Positions 1 through 17,469 are shown, numbered from the stretch's first letter. The stretch is DNA of 64,000 nt from Eledone cirrhosa (GCA_964016885.1 OZ024758.1:19778001-19842000); one strand, 5' to 3'. Program-made: numbers and translations. Notes: generated by a model not told the origin, from the letters alone.

Positions 1-119
1 TATATATATATATACATACATATATATATATATACATACATATATATATATATACATACATATATATATATATACATACATATATATATATATACATACA
101 TATATATATATATACATAC

Positions 120-150
<31 letters not shown>

Positions 151-175
151 CATACATATATATATATATACATAC

Positions 176-206
<31 letters not shown>

Positions 207-275
207 CATACATATATATATATATATACATACATATATATATATATATACATACATATATATATATATACATAC

Positions 276-322
<47 letters not shown>

Positions 323-349
323 CATATATATATATACATATATATATAT

Positions 350-400
<51 letters not shown>

Positions 401-406
401 CATACA

Positions 407-442
<36 letters not shown>

Positions 443-526
443 GACATACATATATATATATATATATATATATGTAGACATACATATATATATATATATA
501 TATATATGTATACTATATATATATAT

Positions 527-566
<40 letters not shown>

Positions 567-568
567 TA

Positions 569-613
<45 letters not shown>

Positions 614-615
614 TA

Positions 616-651
<36 letters not shown>

Positions 652-660
652 TATAGATAG
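1..660. repeat. (TA)n microsatellite with CATA/CAGT interruptions
   Basis: Direct reading; the start shows a 20-bp periodic unit, TATATATATATATACATACA. Confidence 0.98.
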
Positions 661-821
661 GTAAATATACACGGGTGTGTATGATTGTGTATAGAAGATT
701 ATATTAATAAGAGGAATTCCAACTGTGTCTGATTTACTCGTTTTATTTGCAATCCTTTAAACTATATATAATGGTATTATAATGAAATAGTATGATAGAA
801 TATTAAATTCTAAGTGTTAAT

Positions 822-860
822 TGAACAAGTACTTTCATGCTTTCGCAATCTTCAGGTTCA
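822..860 (-). ncRNA. Minimal type I hammerhead ribozyme motif (mirror copy)
   Basis: Reverse complement of 935-971, with a 5-bp stem I (UGAAC/GUUCA). Confidence 0.8.
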
Positions 861-934
861 TGATATGTGGTGACAGTCGAGTTTGCAATTTTCAACTGTT
901 GAAAATTGCAAACTCGACTGTCACCACATATCAC

Positions 935-971
935 GAACCTGAAGATTGCGAAAGCATGAAAGTACTTGTTC
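935..971 (+). ncRNA. Minimal type I hammerhead ribozyme motif
   Basis: GAAC-CUGAAGA-U-UGC(GAAA)GCA-U-GAAA-GUAC-UU-GUUC: stem I GAAC/GUUC, conserved core, palindromic loop 3; AATAAA follows at 972. Confidence 0.8.
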
Positions 972-1086
972 AATAAACACTTAGAATTTAATATTCTATC
1001 ATACTATTTCATTATAATACCATTATATATATTTTAAAGGATTGTAAATAAAACGTGTAAATCAGACAAAGTTAGAACTCCTCTTA

Positions 1087-4075
<2,989 letters not shown>

Positions 4076-4466
4076 TATATAGACATATGGTAATTCAAAT
4101 AATACTTTCGTTTTGATGAATAAACAAATTGAAATTTATAATGGAATATATTGCCAAGTAATGATGCTAAAATTGTCGATTATATCATAACAAAATTAGC
4201 AACATATTGCCTTATATTTGAGTTTCTTTAGCGGTCGATATCAGACAGGAACACTTTTCATATCGATTTAACATTAGTGAACATCTTATATGAATTCGAT
4301 ACAAAGAAATCTGCAACTTGTGTAGAGTATATCTTATTTGTACACGCGAACAAACACAAAAATTGCACTCAAATTCTCATGTATTATCTATTCCTATATA
4401 TATATATATTTATATATATATTTAAATACATACACACACATATACTCCCAACCTCATATACACATC

Positions 4467-4543
<77 letters not shown>

Positions 4544-4638
4544 GATACTGAGCTTAATTTGTTTGAAAATTCGCGATATTGACAAACGGTGGAAGCCCTA
4601 TTTCACTGTCTAATATATATTTATATCTATATATATAT

Positions 4639-4822
4639 AACAAAGCAATTGTGATAAGGAACCAGATGGACCATAACGCATCAGAGTACTCAATACTTAG
4701 GGTAGTAGAGTGGGAAATCGGAAAAAAAGTATGCCCCCTACGGCAGAGCTCAAGCCGTTTCGATGGGTAGTCCAGAAAAAGCCGTCGAAACGCTTGAGCT
4801 CTGACTCGGGGTTACACTTTTT
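4639..4822. mobile_element. Dispersed repeat with fold-back (arms ~4735-4763 / 4785-4811); related copies at 24925-25043 and 59500-59562
   Basis: agagctcaagccgtttcga...tcgaaacgcttgagctct; ggaaccagatggaccataacgca is present as its reverse complement near 25005-25025; contains GAAA-CGGC-UU-GAG, which looks like the 3' half of a hammerhead. Confidence 0.7.
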
Positions 4823-4905
<83 letters not shown>

Positions 4906-4907
<2 letters not shown>

Positions 4908-5106
4908 TTCACCGACCAGTCTATAGGGCGTCCATTCAGCGCCGCTGGTCACAGCACGCCGTCCTTTCTTCTCTGGATCGTGTTTCCTCAACCATGTAGT
5001 CCGAATCATATTCCTAAAATCGTAACTCCACCTTCGTGGAGGCCTTCAGAGTGGTCCACCGATTGTTGGTGAACTGGGCGACGTGTCCAGCCTATTTGAA
5101 CTTGCT

Positions 5107-5110
<4 letters not shown>
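4906..5110 (-). mobile_element. RTE-clade LINE 3' fragment
   Basis: Minus-strand translation WSKFK*AGHVAQFTNNRWT matches the RTE C-terminal WAGHVAR..DNRWT motif. Confidence 0.65.
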
Positions 5111-5145
<35 letters not shown>

Positions 5146-6117
5146 AACTGTAGGCCGGAAACGTCCTATTTACCTTAAGTTTGATCTTTTATTTTATTCA
5201 TAATTAAACAAATTTTGCGTATCTTATTCTAACGGTTGTCTTCAATAAACTTCCTTTTAATGATAGTAAAAGGCATTACTGTCATCAATTCTGCATTGAT
5301 AGATTCTTTTGGCCACTGGTTGGAATATACTTGCGTTATTTTATAAATGTCTGTTTATCATATGTTCATATTCCATTGATGTTGATTTTAATGTTCATCC
5401 TTACGTTTCAATATAGATTTAACCGATCATACCTGTAATCAACGAGTTTCCTTTGTATATTGTGTATCCGACAAATGCACGTCAAAACAACTGATAACAT
5501 ATATGGATATATACAAATGACAGTGCAGAATCGTTTATATATACGCTCCCGCATAGTAGAGGAACCTTAAACTTATGCACATGTTCTAGCGACAATGGTG
5601 CTTCAGTGTTTGCATACGATACACCCTAAATTAACACATTTACACACGGACACAGAAAAATATAGTTAATACATGCATATGTTCTTCATATTGCTGTACA
5701 CTTGTGTATTCACATGTTATATATAATGTTCCCATTACTTACATATTACATACATATATTTTTTACTGTGATGTAATTCTGTTATATTTATCTTAACGTT
5801 TAGAAATTTAGAGTTCGTTTGATTGTTTCTCCTTTGTTTGATTCCGCATTTAGACAGCTTTTGTGAGAAGCGCATTTTGTAAGGATTTATCGAAATACTT
5901 TAGGACGTTGAACAAGTGAATGTATAAAATTCTATACCTATTTCTTAATGTTACGTGTAGATATAAAAATTGCAATAGTTATGGAAATATTGGATTCCTA
6001 ACATTGGCTAGAAGTTAGCAGCATAGATGACATCAAACACTGTATTTTACAGATGCTTTCACGTTACTTTCAGTTCCTTCATAGAATCTTATCTCATTTA
6101 TATTTGTGGCACTAGCT

Positions 6118-6298
6118 TCTCAAAGGAGAAGAACGAGAAATAGTTACCTATATAGCAATGCATATCGATAATCTAATGGACTGTATGTGTTGTTTACATG
6201 CAAGATATTACACGTTTTGTAGAGATATGAATGTGTGTTGTTTCTGCTAGACCTTGTTTTAGTGCCTAACATGCAGCGAGGGAATATTGGTCAACAAG

Positions 6299-6299
<1 letters not shown>
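6118..6299 (+). repeat. Old local duplication; partner at ~8389-8575
   Basis: Colinear shared blocks tcaaaggagaagaa, atctaatggact, tgcaagatattaca, tgttttag.gcc, cgagggaat, tcaacaagc. Confidence 0.85.
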
Positions 6300-6354
<55 letters not shown>

Positions 6355-6358
<4 letters not shown>

Positions 6359-7003
6359 TTTCTGAATTTGTTTAGCAAGATTATTTATCTGAAATCGTGT
6401 GTTGAAACCGATATTGTTATACTTTGGGAGGGTCATATTGCCAATAAGAAACACCCGCACCAAGCTGTCACTTCAATTTATTATAATAAATTTATAAATT
6501 TAGGAATTTATAAATTTCTGGTTGGTTGGTTGGTTCCACAACCAGATAGTTGTCAAAGTTCTTTCGTCACACATGCTGTGACCTCTTCAGTGACTGGGGA
6601 TTCTTTTCTTTGTTTTTGTGCCTCTCCTTTGTTCTGTCCTACGCCATTTTGTTTCTGTGTGTGTGTTGTGTGTTCAGTCTGCGCATGCGCCACATCAGGG
6701 TGTCTGTGTGTGTTTATATTTGTTTATTTATTTATTTATTTACATGTTACCGGTTGGTTGTTTGTGCTATGTGTGTGTGTGTGTGTTTTCATTTTGTCCT
6801 TAATTGTAAGTTGTGATGTTGCTGTTCCACTCATATTTTCTATTTAATTTTGGTTGTAATTATTTTATGTTTATTGCCTCTGTGATTTGTCTAAACATTG
6901 CGTCTTTTCTGTGTGTAGATTCTATTTTTATTTCTATGTTCTCTAACTTACCCTTATGTTCTATTTTAGCATGTTGGTAGAGTACAGATGATTCTTTACT
7001 ATC
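6355..7003 (-). mobile_element. Penelope-like element 3' fragment (GIY-YIG C-terminus, 3' UTR, hammerhead, terminal tail)
   Basis: SVLYQHAKIEHKGKLENIEIKIESTHRKDAMFRQITEAINIK aligns to the ORF at 61499-61768; terminal atattgttatactttgggagggtcatat is shared with 39655, 40011, 50225, 60244 and 62300. Confidence 0.85.
6552..6594 (-). ncRNA. Type I hammerhead ribozyme motif in PLE 3' region
   Basis: GUCA-CUGAAGA-G-GUCACA(GCAUG)UGUGAC-GAAA-GAAC-UU-UGAC: 4-bp stem I, 6-bp stem II, intact core. Confidence 0.85.
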
Positions 7004-7149
7004 TGTGTGTATATATATATATACACGTACAGACACGTACAGACACACACACCACACACCACATACACACACACACATACACACATATGTTGATTTAAAA
7101 CTGCACTATTAACAAGTGTGTTTTAACCTTCATATCATGTCTCCCTATT

Positions 7150-7213
7150 TTATCTGATGAAAACGCAAATGTTATTGCATGATGATATTTGTTTTTGAAA
7201 TGCGGATAATAAA
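7150..7213 (+). ncRNA. Degenerate hammerhead-like motif with long stem II
   Basis: UUAU-CUGAUGA-long imperfect hairpin-GAAA-UGCGG-AUAA overlapping AATAAA; no U-H cleavage dinucleotide, so probably dead. Confidence 0.45.
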
Positions 7214-7342
7214 ATACATAGAACTCTTTTAACCATCTTTTGATCTTATATATTATTATTTATACTCCAGTCCTGCAAATTGTAGAGTGCTACTTATCCG
7301 ATATCTGCATTGCTTTATTGTACTACAATAAAACTCACCTCC

Positions 7343-7408
<66 letters not shown>

Positions 7409-10296
7409 GCGTATGTGTTATTGAATATATATAGTCAGGTAGATATTTTAATGCAGTTATTCGTATTATATATAGCAGGAGAATGCCGGGAGGAAATATA
7501 CATTTCCATGGACGATTTCTCGTTTATAACATCTTTCCTTTTGGAAATAAAGGTTCAGTATTGTACATATTTGGTCATTTGAAAGGGACCTATATTTTGA
7601 AGACATATATAAATATTTGGCAATGAATTAATATCAATGTACTTGCTGGTTCGTGGGATGACTTATTGCAGCAATTCCTAAGACTGGAAGCAAATGTAAC
7701 CACTATTTGTATACTGGTCATAACATTGTTCATTCGAGCAGAGTCATAAGGACATCTTTTTGGTAAACATGTATTAAGATATATTTATGCATTACCATGG
7801 AATATGAATTGCTTTCTTTTACACAATATTAGTTATATATTGTGTAATATGTGTGAGTATATATGTTATATTGCTGACTTTAAAAATACGTGGCATTTCT
7901 CTCTTACAAAATCAACCACCTTTCTTTTTTTACAGAATGAAAATTCTATAAATGAACCGGTCATTTTGCATTTGATTTAAGCCACTCTCAAACATATGCA
8001 AGAGGAACTCGTTTCTTTAACTAAATCATGAATAATTCTGAATGTAGTCAACAGACTCGTCTCTAGACTTATTAATTTCAGACTCATTAGATGACAAATA
8101 CAATACCAATCTCTTTCAAGACACATCATTTTAGATTCATGACTAAATCACCTTGAAATCAAATTTACATTTCATCATTCCTACATTTTTTCTGTACATA
8201 TATAAATATAATCTGGTACACCCGTCGTACTATATTAGTTACCTTTTTGTATTACTAAGTCAAAGCCTAAAGTCGGTGTCCATGTGCAATTGCAACTTCT
8301 ATAAGGCTAGAGAAAGGAAAAGAAGGAACTATCTTCAGATAGTTCAATTTAAAATATGTAACAATTTAAAATATGTCTAAACCTATCTTATCAAAGGAGA
8401 AGAAAGATAATGAGGTATATACCTATATACCAATACATATGAATCATCTAATGGACTATTTGTGTTGTTTTCGTGCAAGATATTACATGTTTTATACATA
8501 TATTAATGTGAGTTGTATGTGCTACACCCTGTTTTAGCGCCAAATTTGCATCGAGGGAATGTTGTTCAACAAGCAGATATTTATATATATACATATATAT
8601 ATAGTCAGGTAGGTGTTGGAATGCATGTGCTAATCGTACAAAAAGTAACGAATTAAGTATAGAAACCCAACGAATATAACATAACATTTGTATTTATATT
8701 ATACATTTTCCTTATCTATTTTATTTTGAAGTTCATATATTATGCTAATCTGAAGTAGGTTATGCAGACACTCACTGCATATTCAATGCGATGTTTGGAG
8801 TGTTTTCACCTCATTGTACTTGTGGTAATGTGCCTTTAGAAGAAGCCGTTACTAATGATTTAACATTCTTAATGATTAAAAAACGACTTACAATGATGTT
8901 TATGTAGACCTGCATTAATATCGTATTTGTTTCGACTTTCATAATCCCAGATTTGTCATAGTATTGCCAGCCTAATGGTCGATTCAATTCCTCGACCTCC
9001 CTCCTGTCTATTAATTATTTCACCTTCTTGTGCGTACTCCTTGATACATTGCCACTGCAGTTGTTGAAAACATTCTGCATCACCAACAATATTCTCCATA
9101 TATGGTGGAGGGGTTTTTGCCTTCGACGTGTTGGATTATTCTACATATAAGTTTGGTCTTTGACTTCATGGCTGTATACATAAACACACGTCCCATCTCT
9201 AGTCCGTTTGGTCATTGAAATGTAATCATATATATCGGAACGTATGGGGTGAACTTGAATTTTCTGTGCGAAAGTAATAGATGATAAGAAAGGCAAGAAA
9301 AAATGCCATTCCACTGACACATACATTTGATTCCCTAACGTCATTACTTCCCCTGTGAATTTAATATAATATGGGATCATTGTTCGTGATATGAATATGT
9401 GTGTCTATATGTATGTGTTTATGCGTAGGTGCATATATGTCAGTGTATAGATATGAATCAATGAGATAGTTTATGCACACATAAAGGAAAAAAGGTACTA
9501 AAATATAACATAAAGCTTTTAATTTAATGAGGGTATTTTCTATTATTATATACAATATATATATATACACATATATATGAAAGAGAGTGATAGAGAGAGA
9601 GGGAGGGGTTAGAATAAGATAGAAAAGATACACATTTATGTGTAAATGTCATTTTTACTTTATAGTGTGTGTGCATGCATGTATTATTTTTATTGTCTCA
9701 TATTTCACGAACTTACTCTCGCTATAATATTTGTTCAGTACATATTGAAAATATCTAAAACCATTTCTGGGAAGGAAATATGATATATAGATCGGATTCC
9801 ATGATGGAAAAATAATAGTAAGAATAATAGTAAAGTCAAACCGTGGCGTTATTAGCCATAAACATTTCATACGTTCACGAACATTAACTAGCACTTTAAG
9901 ATATCGTATTTTATACTGCAATACATTATTACGTCTCTATGATGTGAAATCTTCTATAGATATGATGTATTGGGACATTTTAGGCGATTATCATGCATGT
10001 ATTTTAAACTCAAACATATATATAGACGGAAGGTATTCTTAGTTAATGTATTACTAAAATCAAACATGTTTTAATCGACAATCCATTAGCCCTAACTACT
10101 TAGAACATTTGGTGAATGGAAATTCTAATATAGAAATATACAGTCTATTTAACATGATGGTTGCTATGCATGAAAATATATACTTTCAGATTATCCCGCA
10201 TCTTACAATAATTCCTCACACAAAACAAATACACACACACATACTCACATACTCATAGACACATATACACATACATACACCCCCACATACACAGGC

Positions 10297-10385
10297 ATAA
10301 CAATATATATATATTTATATACATATATAACAATATATATATATTTATTTATATACATATATATATATATATAACACTATATATA

Positions 10386-10430
<45 letters not shown>

Positions 10431-10502
10431 CAATATATATTTATTTATAAATATAACAATATATATATATTAATATATATATAACAATATATATATATAT
10501 AT

Positions 10503-10537
<35 letters not shown>

Positions 10538-10595
10538 TATATATAACAATATATATTTATTTATATATATATATATATATATAACAATATATATA

Positions 10596-10627
<32 letters not shown>

Positions 10628-10787
10628 ACAATATATATATATTTATATATATATATATATAATAATATATATAACAATATTTATATATATATATATATAT
10701 ATAACAATATTTATTTATATATATATATATAACAATATTTATACATATATATATAACAATATTTATATATATATATATATAACAATA

Positions 10788-10832
<45 letters not shown>

Positions 10833-11263
10833 CTAAGGCGGGTAAAATTCCCGAGATCCATGGACGAGTTCTCTCCAGCGGTCTCTGTCCCTCATTATCG
10901 CTGCCATATCCTAAGGACAGACACTGGTCTGTTGGAGATGCAGGTTATATATATATATATATATAACAATATATATATATATATATATATATATTTTATA
11001 TATATATATATATATAACAATATATATATATATATATATAACAATATTTATATATATATATATATAACAATATTTATATATATATATATAACAATATTTA
11101 TATATATATAACAATATTTATATATATATATATAACAATATTTATATATATATATATAACAATATTTATATATATATAACAATATTTATATATATATAAC
11201 AATATATATATATATAACAATATATATATATATATAACTATATATATATATATATATATATAT

Positions 11264-11295
<32 letters not shown>

Positions 11296-11571
11296 TAATA
11301 ATATTTAAATATATATATATATATATAATAATATTTAAATATATATATATATATATATAACAATATTTATATATATATATATATATAATAATATTTAAAT
11401 ATATATATATATATATATAACAATATTTATATATATATATATATATATATAATAATATTTAAATATATATATATATATATAACAATATTTATATATATAT
11501 ATATATATAATAATATTTAAATATATATATATATATATAACAATATTTATATATATATATATATATAACAA

Positions 11572-11610
<39 letters not shown>

Positions 11611-11691
11611 CAATGTGTATATATATATAACAATATTTATATATATATATATTTATATATATATAACAATGTGTATATATATATATAACAA

Positions 11692-11726
<35 letters not shown>

Positions 11727-11747
11727 ATGTGTATATATATATAACAA

Positions 11748-11788
<41 letters not shown>

Positions 11789-11813
11789 ATGTATATATAT
11801 ATATAACAATATT

Positions 11814-11851
<38 letters not shown>

Positions 11852-12000
11852 ACAATGTGTATATATATATAACAATGTGTATATATATATAACAATATTT
11901 ATATATATACATATTTATATATATATAACAATGTGTATATATATATATAACAATATTTATATATATATATATATATATATAAAACAATATTTATATATAT
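10297..12000. repeat. Compound (TA)n / ATAACAATATTT array
   Basis: Direct reading. Confidence 0.97.
10831..10946 (-). mobile_element. RTE-clade LINE 3' tip inserted in (TA)n
   Basis: Minus-strand translation DMAAIMRDRDRWRELVHGSR matches the RTE terminal M.DR..WR..V motif. Confidence 0.6.
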
Positions 12001-14034
12001 ATTCATACATGTATGTGTTTTGATGAACGCCCGTACTATCGTATCAATCTAGGCATGTATGTATGCGTATTTCATTATTCTGGAGATTTATTATTTAAAG
12101 CTTTCAGCAGCTGCATTTTTCTTGGCGGCTCTCTATTGAATATCGTGTTCACATTCCGTATGAAGTATCTGCTGTTATTTTACTCACTTATCGTCTGAGG
12201 ATTTATGGTTTGTTTGTTTGAAACGTCTTCCTATCTATGCAATATCTTTCTAAAGACGAAATCTTGAAACATATAATTAGGTAACATTGTACAGTATTTT
12301 CACACAGTAAATACTATAATAAAATATAAAACATAACGATAAGATGAAACGTTCTGACTGCAAACTTGTGAAATTGGGTTTCAGTCACACTTTGTAAATG
12401 ATTATACGCTTTCCATTACATTATATTTCAATTAAACTCCGCTCACGATAGCTGGATACATTAACGTACGTAGGTTTTCATACATACACATACATTTCAT
12501 GTGTAAATTTGTGTATGCACTTATATAGTTTTATGGAGACAGATGTACGTTGTTGTAAAGCAAGCAGGAAAATACTATTAAAAGGAGTTTTCACGATTTT
12601 AAGCCAATCTATTTACAAGTATGTCATAAGATGATATTTTCTTTTTGTTTATTCTTCATTCTTATCTAGTTTAAGTGTGATTAATGAGTAGTATTCAACT
12701 AAATATGGAGAGCTTTATACCTGTCTTGTTTTATGCATTATGTTTATCAAATTCTCAAGTTAAATTTATTGCAAATCGACATTATTAATTTATCATTCTC
12801 TTGAAAATTTCATATCATAAAACAGACATAAATTTTGTTTTCGTTTCATTGAAGCGTTTGTTTAAATCCAAAGCTAAATGTTGTCTTGGTAATGAAGAGA
12901 AATGCTATCGTATTATAAGCTGCACCTAAGATATATTATATCTGAAGACTTAGTTATATCAACAGAAAAATAAAGACAGTTACTTGCTTAATCCTGTCTC
13001 TTAAACCATATGTCTTCAGGAAGGCGCATGAAGAATCTGCTGAAATAGACACGTTGAATATATGTTTGAAAATATTGAAGTTTAAATGCACAGTTCGATT
13101 GGCAGCTGTCATAGATCTGTTAGAATTAAATGATTTCCGCAAGGAGAATCTAATACGTTTGTTCTGACAAACATGATACTTTCTAACACCAACCAGAATA
13201 GTTCAAAACGAACTTCAATATTATCCGTTCATGCCGTCTATAAATTATTCCTTCTATATACAAATCCCCAGATATTTCCTGTATCTTCAGTTTTCACCTC
13301 GTTTCTTATATTATCAGAAAGCAAACGAATATATTTTTATCTATTTCAACATTCTCATTATTCTTCACACTTTCATTTCAAGTGTTTCACCGGTCTTTGT
13401 CTGTTATCGTATCTCACTGGAATAACAGTCGATATTTTATAATAACTATTCGCTCTCATATATGGAATGCATTCTTGTACCCAATTGGCAAATTTTCAAG
13501 TAATCTCCGGAAATTCAAAGAACGATTGTAGGATTTGTCATATGCTTGCAAATGAGACCGTGGTTACTTTCAACAACTTAAAGCTTTATCGGAAAATTTA
13601 GTAGAGGACATTTAATTGCAAATACCATAACTAAAATGCGGAGATTATCGACATAACAATAATCCTTCAAAATTTATATTCCCAGTCATACATTTAATAT
13701 GTACCCTGTTGTTCTAATATGCATGATGTATTGTTTATTTTTCTATATCATTACATATATTTGCCAAAGAATATATTAAAGCATTTTAATATGTTAGCAA
13801 TATTTATGACTTTCCATTAGCCTTGTATGAAAACCTCACACGCATAACTTGCATTCTACAATATAATATATTTATCCAGGATTTAGTCACGCAATATTTA
13901 ACCACGATATAGTATACTAAAAGTGAAATTTGATTGAAATTTCCTTATATCCTTATAAATTTATTTCATTTACAAGGATAGTCTCAAATAATTTGGTACT
14001 ACTTTATAATTTCCATATCTAGGGTCATGTTTAG

Positions 14035-14200
14035 TGGAGTCGAGTGGCCTATTATAAGGGTGTTGGACGTACGATCATAATGCGATGGGTTCGATTCCTG
14101 GGTTGGGTTGTGTGTTGTGCTCTTGAGGAAAATACTTAATTTCACGTTCCTCAACTATACTCAGCTGAAAAGGTGTACCAGCAATAGCTTGGTGTTTAAG
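14035..14200 (+). mobile_element. tRNA-derived SINE, family B (central-domain type); second copy at 44765-45005
   Basis: A-box-like gagtggccta, B box GGTTCGATTCC, then gttgtgctcttgaggaaaatactt...ctcagctgaaaa, shared with 44790-44885. Confidence 0.65.
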
Positions 14201-15944
14201 ACTGCAAATGTCCATGAATGATTTGCCTCGAAGAAATAATTCAGAATAATTTCGTTTCACTTCACTACTTATTATTGATCTGATAAATAAAATACTTATC
14301 GGTTGGTTTATTAAACTGAGAGATGATGTATCTATTAATTCCTTTCGGTCGCATGTTCTGTGACCTCCTCAATGACAATTTTCCCCACTGTCATTAGTCT
14401 GCATTTCAATTTTATTTCATTTACTCTATCCTACGATGCTCTAGTATATGTGCCTCAGTGTGTCTGTGTTTATGAATGTATATGTGTCTAAGTGTGTTTG
14501 CGATTGTTGAGACTCACTGAGGTTTCTGTTTGTTTTTACATGTATCTGCATATGTGGTTTAAATATACATATCTTTGTGATCATACAAATGATTTGTATC
14601 TCCTTAATGATGTATTTCAGTGCAAATGGATACACGCATTCACATTTCTGTTTATTGCTATGACATCTTGCGTTATTCTGTGACAATTAATATGTGTCGT
14701 AATAAATATTTCACCCAGGACTATTGAGGATAGGTTTGTGTCTAGGGACCTCTGTTTATGCATTCCTATATACCGTAATCATATTATCATCAGTCACTAG
14801 GTTATGGAGTTACACGATTCCATTCCGGTTTTCTATTTATAACTTTACATTTGTTTCAGCTTAATGTTTATATTGGATACAATTACAACGTACGTCATTT
14901 CAGAAAGAAACAAAATATAATTGCGACATATATTTTCCATGGAGATATGAGTATATGACAACAATTTGACATTCATTTCATCTACTCGAGATCTCATGAG
15001 TGATCATTTCAAAGTAAACAAGTTATGATATTTTCAGTTTCAACAATGCGAGTTTTTGTCCATCTTGAGAATTCTAAATATACCATAGCTCTAATGTATA
15101 AAAGCCTATTTTGTAGATAATTGTCGGCAGTAAATAAAAGGTCATAAAACTTTGATTACATGTTCTTTTAGCAATAGATAATTATATATGTATAATATAT
15201 ATCTGAGGCTAAATTATATATAAATTCGAGGTGTTTGAAAACCAGTTGGGAAAATTGAGAAAGAGATATATCAATCGTATAATGGTTTAATAGGAATTTG
15301 TGTGTAGAAAAGTTTGGCAAGTATACGAGTATAATAAATATAAGGCTAATGTTTAAAATTAGATTCCAACAGAGACATTAATAAAATAATAAAATCAAGA
15401 TACCGAGATTAATTGTTTATATATTATAGTCTCCGGAAATGTGTATTATAAATTACGAATGTGGTGATCATTAAAGCAGCAATAGAATGTATTGATAATA
15501 CAATGTCACTTATACAGTAATAACCTTTAGTTGAATATACTTTTGAAAACTGTACAAGTAATAGGCAGGCAGCTAGTATAGAATAATACGAAAATTAATT
15601 ATACTGCGAATGTTTGAGTATATATTCAGTAAGTATTAGTTATATGGATATATAATGTATATGTATTTTATGACTCTGAAGATCTGAATGAATATTACAC
15701 GTGTGAGTGCCGAATTTTCTGATCACTTGCAGGGAATTTTGTTGATAATGTAGAATTATACGGAAATATATATATTCTTTTATTAAACAAGGTTATATTG
15801 TATGTATGATGCCTTAAATTCTGATAATTTATAGGGGCGCCGGATTGACATACGGCGTTTCTTGTGCATTGTAAGCCTGAGTACAGCAGATTCCTTCCAG
15901 AGAAAAATAGAAAGTGAGAGAGGAAAATAAAAAAAGAGATATAA

Positions 15945-16109
15945 AGGAGAAATCGACCCCAGTACTATACTGTTTTATTTCAATCGACCTAGAACATATG
16001 AAAGGGAAATTTGCCCTTGGCAAGATTTGAACTCACAGAACATAAAGCCAGAACGAAAACTATAAAGTATTCTATCCGAGGCTCTAACGAATCTGCCAAT
16101 TTGCCACCT
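15945..16109 (-). mobile_element. tRNA-derived SINE, family A, diverged
   Basis: gatttgaactc (B box, reverse complement), atcgacc and ctgccaat shared with 62521-62708. Confidence 0.7.
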
Positions 16110-16449
16110 ATAAAAGGTTACATTACTAGCAGGTAAAATATTGAATCACTTATTCTAAAAACCACAGAAGTCCGGAAAAATATAACAGAATTCAATGTGT
16201 TACCGGAACCTTATAAAATTGTGCGGCTTAATGGCATTCACCTTCTTCCGTTGCAGCTATATAAGAGTGCATTCGAACATGTTATGGACAATTTACATTC
16301 AACACAATATATTATATAACATTTTATAAACAATTGTATATGAGGCGAATTGTCATTAGAACGTCGGATAGAATGCCTTGCAGTATGAATCCGAATATAT
16401 ACGATTCTTTTCATTTGTTTGGGGTATATATATATATATATATATATAT

Positions 16450-16556
16450 AGTGGTGGAACACTGGAAGGTAATATCCGTAGTGGTAGAACACTCAGTCCA
16501 AGGGACGAGTTAGGTAGAAGTGGTTACACAACAGTTAGTTCACCATACCGAGAACA
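16450..16556 (-). mobile_element. Solo tail of the 42405-42645 hammerhead fold-back family
   Basis: gtaatatccgtagtg...gggacgagtta.gtagaagtggttacacaacag.tagttcacc.taccgagaaca matches 42408-42514; (TA)n on both sides. Confidence 0.85.
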
Positions 16557-17469
16557 CATATATATATATAATTTGTGTATGTATATGTGTATGTATAATA
16601 TATATATATGTGTTTGTGTGCTCGACATTATATTTGTTAATCATAATTTTGAAATCTTGAAATCAAAATATAAATTCTGCATGTCGATGTTGGCTTTGTG
16701 ATTGGTTGACACATTCCTTGTTTCATTTTTATCTTTTCAATTATATTTTGAACCTAATGAGAATTTGGATGCAAGTATCCACATGTTATGTTTTCTGTTT
16801 CCGCAGCACATATTTCATTTGTTCTAGTGATATAGCTGTTTGCTTTTGTTTCCAATAAGTCTAAGAGAGCCAACGGTTGCGTTTTCTATTGTTATTTTAT
16901 ACATATATTCTATATTGCACAGTATATTTCATTTGTCCAAAGAATGGTATCGATCGTTATAATTATTTCTCATACGCCTGTGTGTACATTCAACGTTGGC
17001 TTTGTATTTGTTTACTTATGTTGCTCAATAATAAGCACGTATACTTTAGGTTGATTTCAATAGGCTTTTGAATGTATATTCAGAGTTTTGTTGTTAGGCT
17101 TAACTTAGATATTTAATTTCCCCAAATTTGTGATTCTAATATTTTCATATATTCCAATGATTCTTTTATTTGAATATAATATATTATTTGTTTTAATTAT
17201 ACAGTGTCCACATTTACCTTTTAAATATTTCTTTGTAAATGTTATACCTGTTCCTAAATACTGTCTCACATTAGGGTTGTATGACATAAAGGACATTCAT
17301 TAAGTTAGGCTACTTTTTTATTCATAATACGGGTTCGTCCATTAAACTTTGGTCGAATAAATTAGCATTTATTTTATTCTTTTTTGACTCTAGGTTTCGT
17401 AAAAAATTAACAATATTTAATGACGCCTCATGCTCTGAATTAACAATGATTTATAACTTTTCTATTAAT

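Noticed and set aside
7479-7750. Coding-looking stretch MPGGNIHFHGRF...
   Set aside because: Short, interrupted by a stop, and without a convincing donor.
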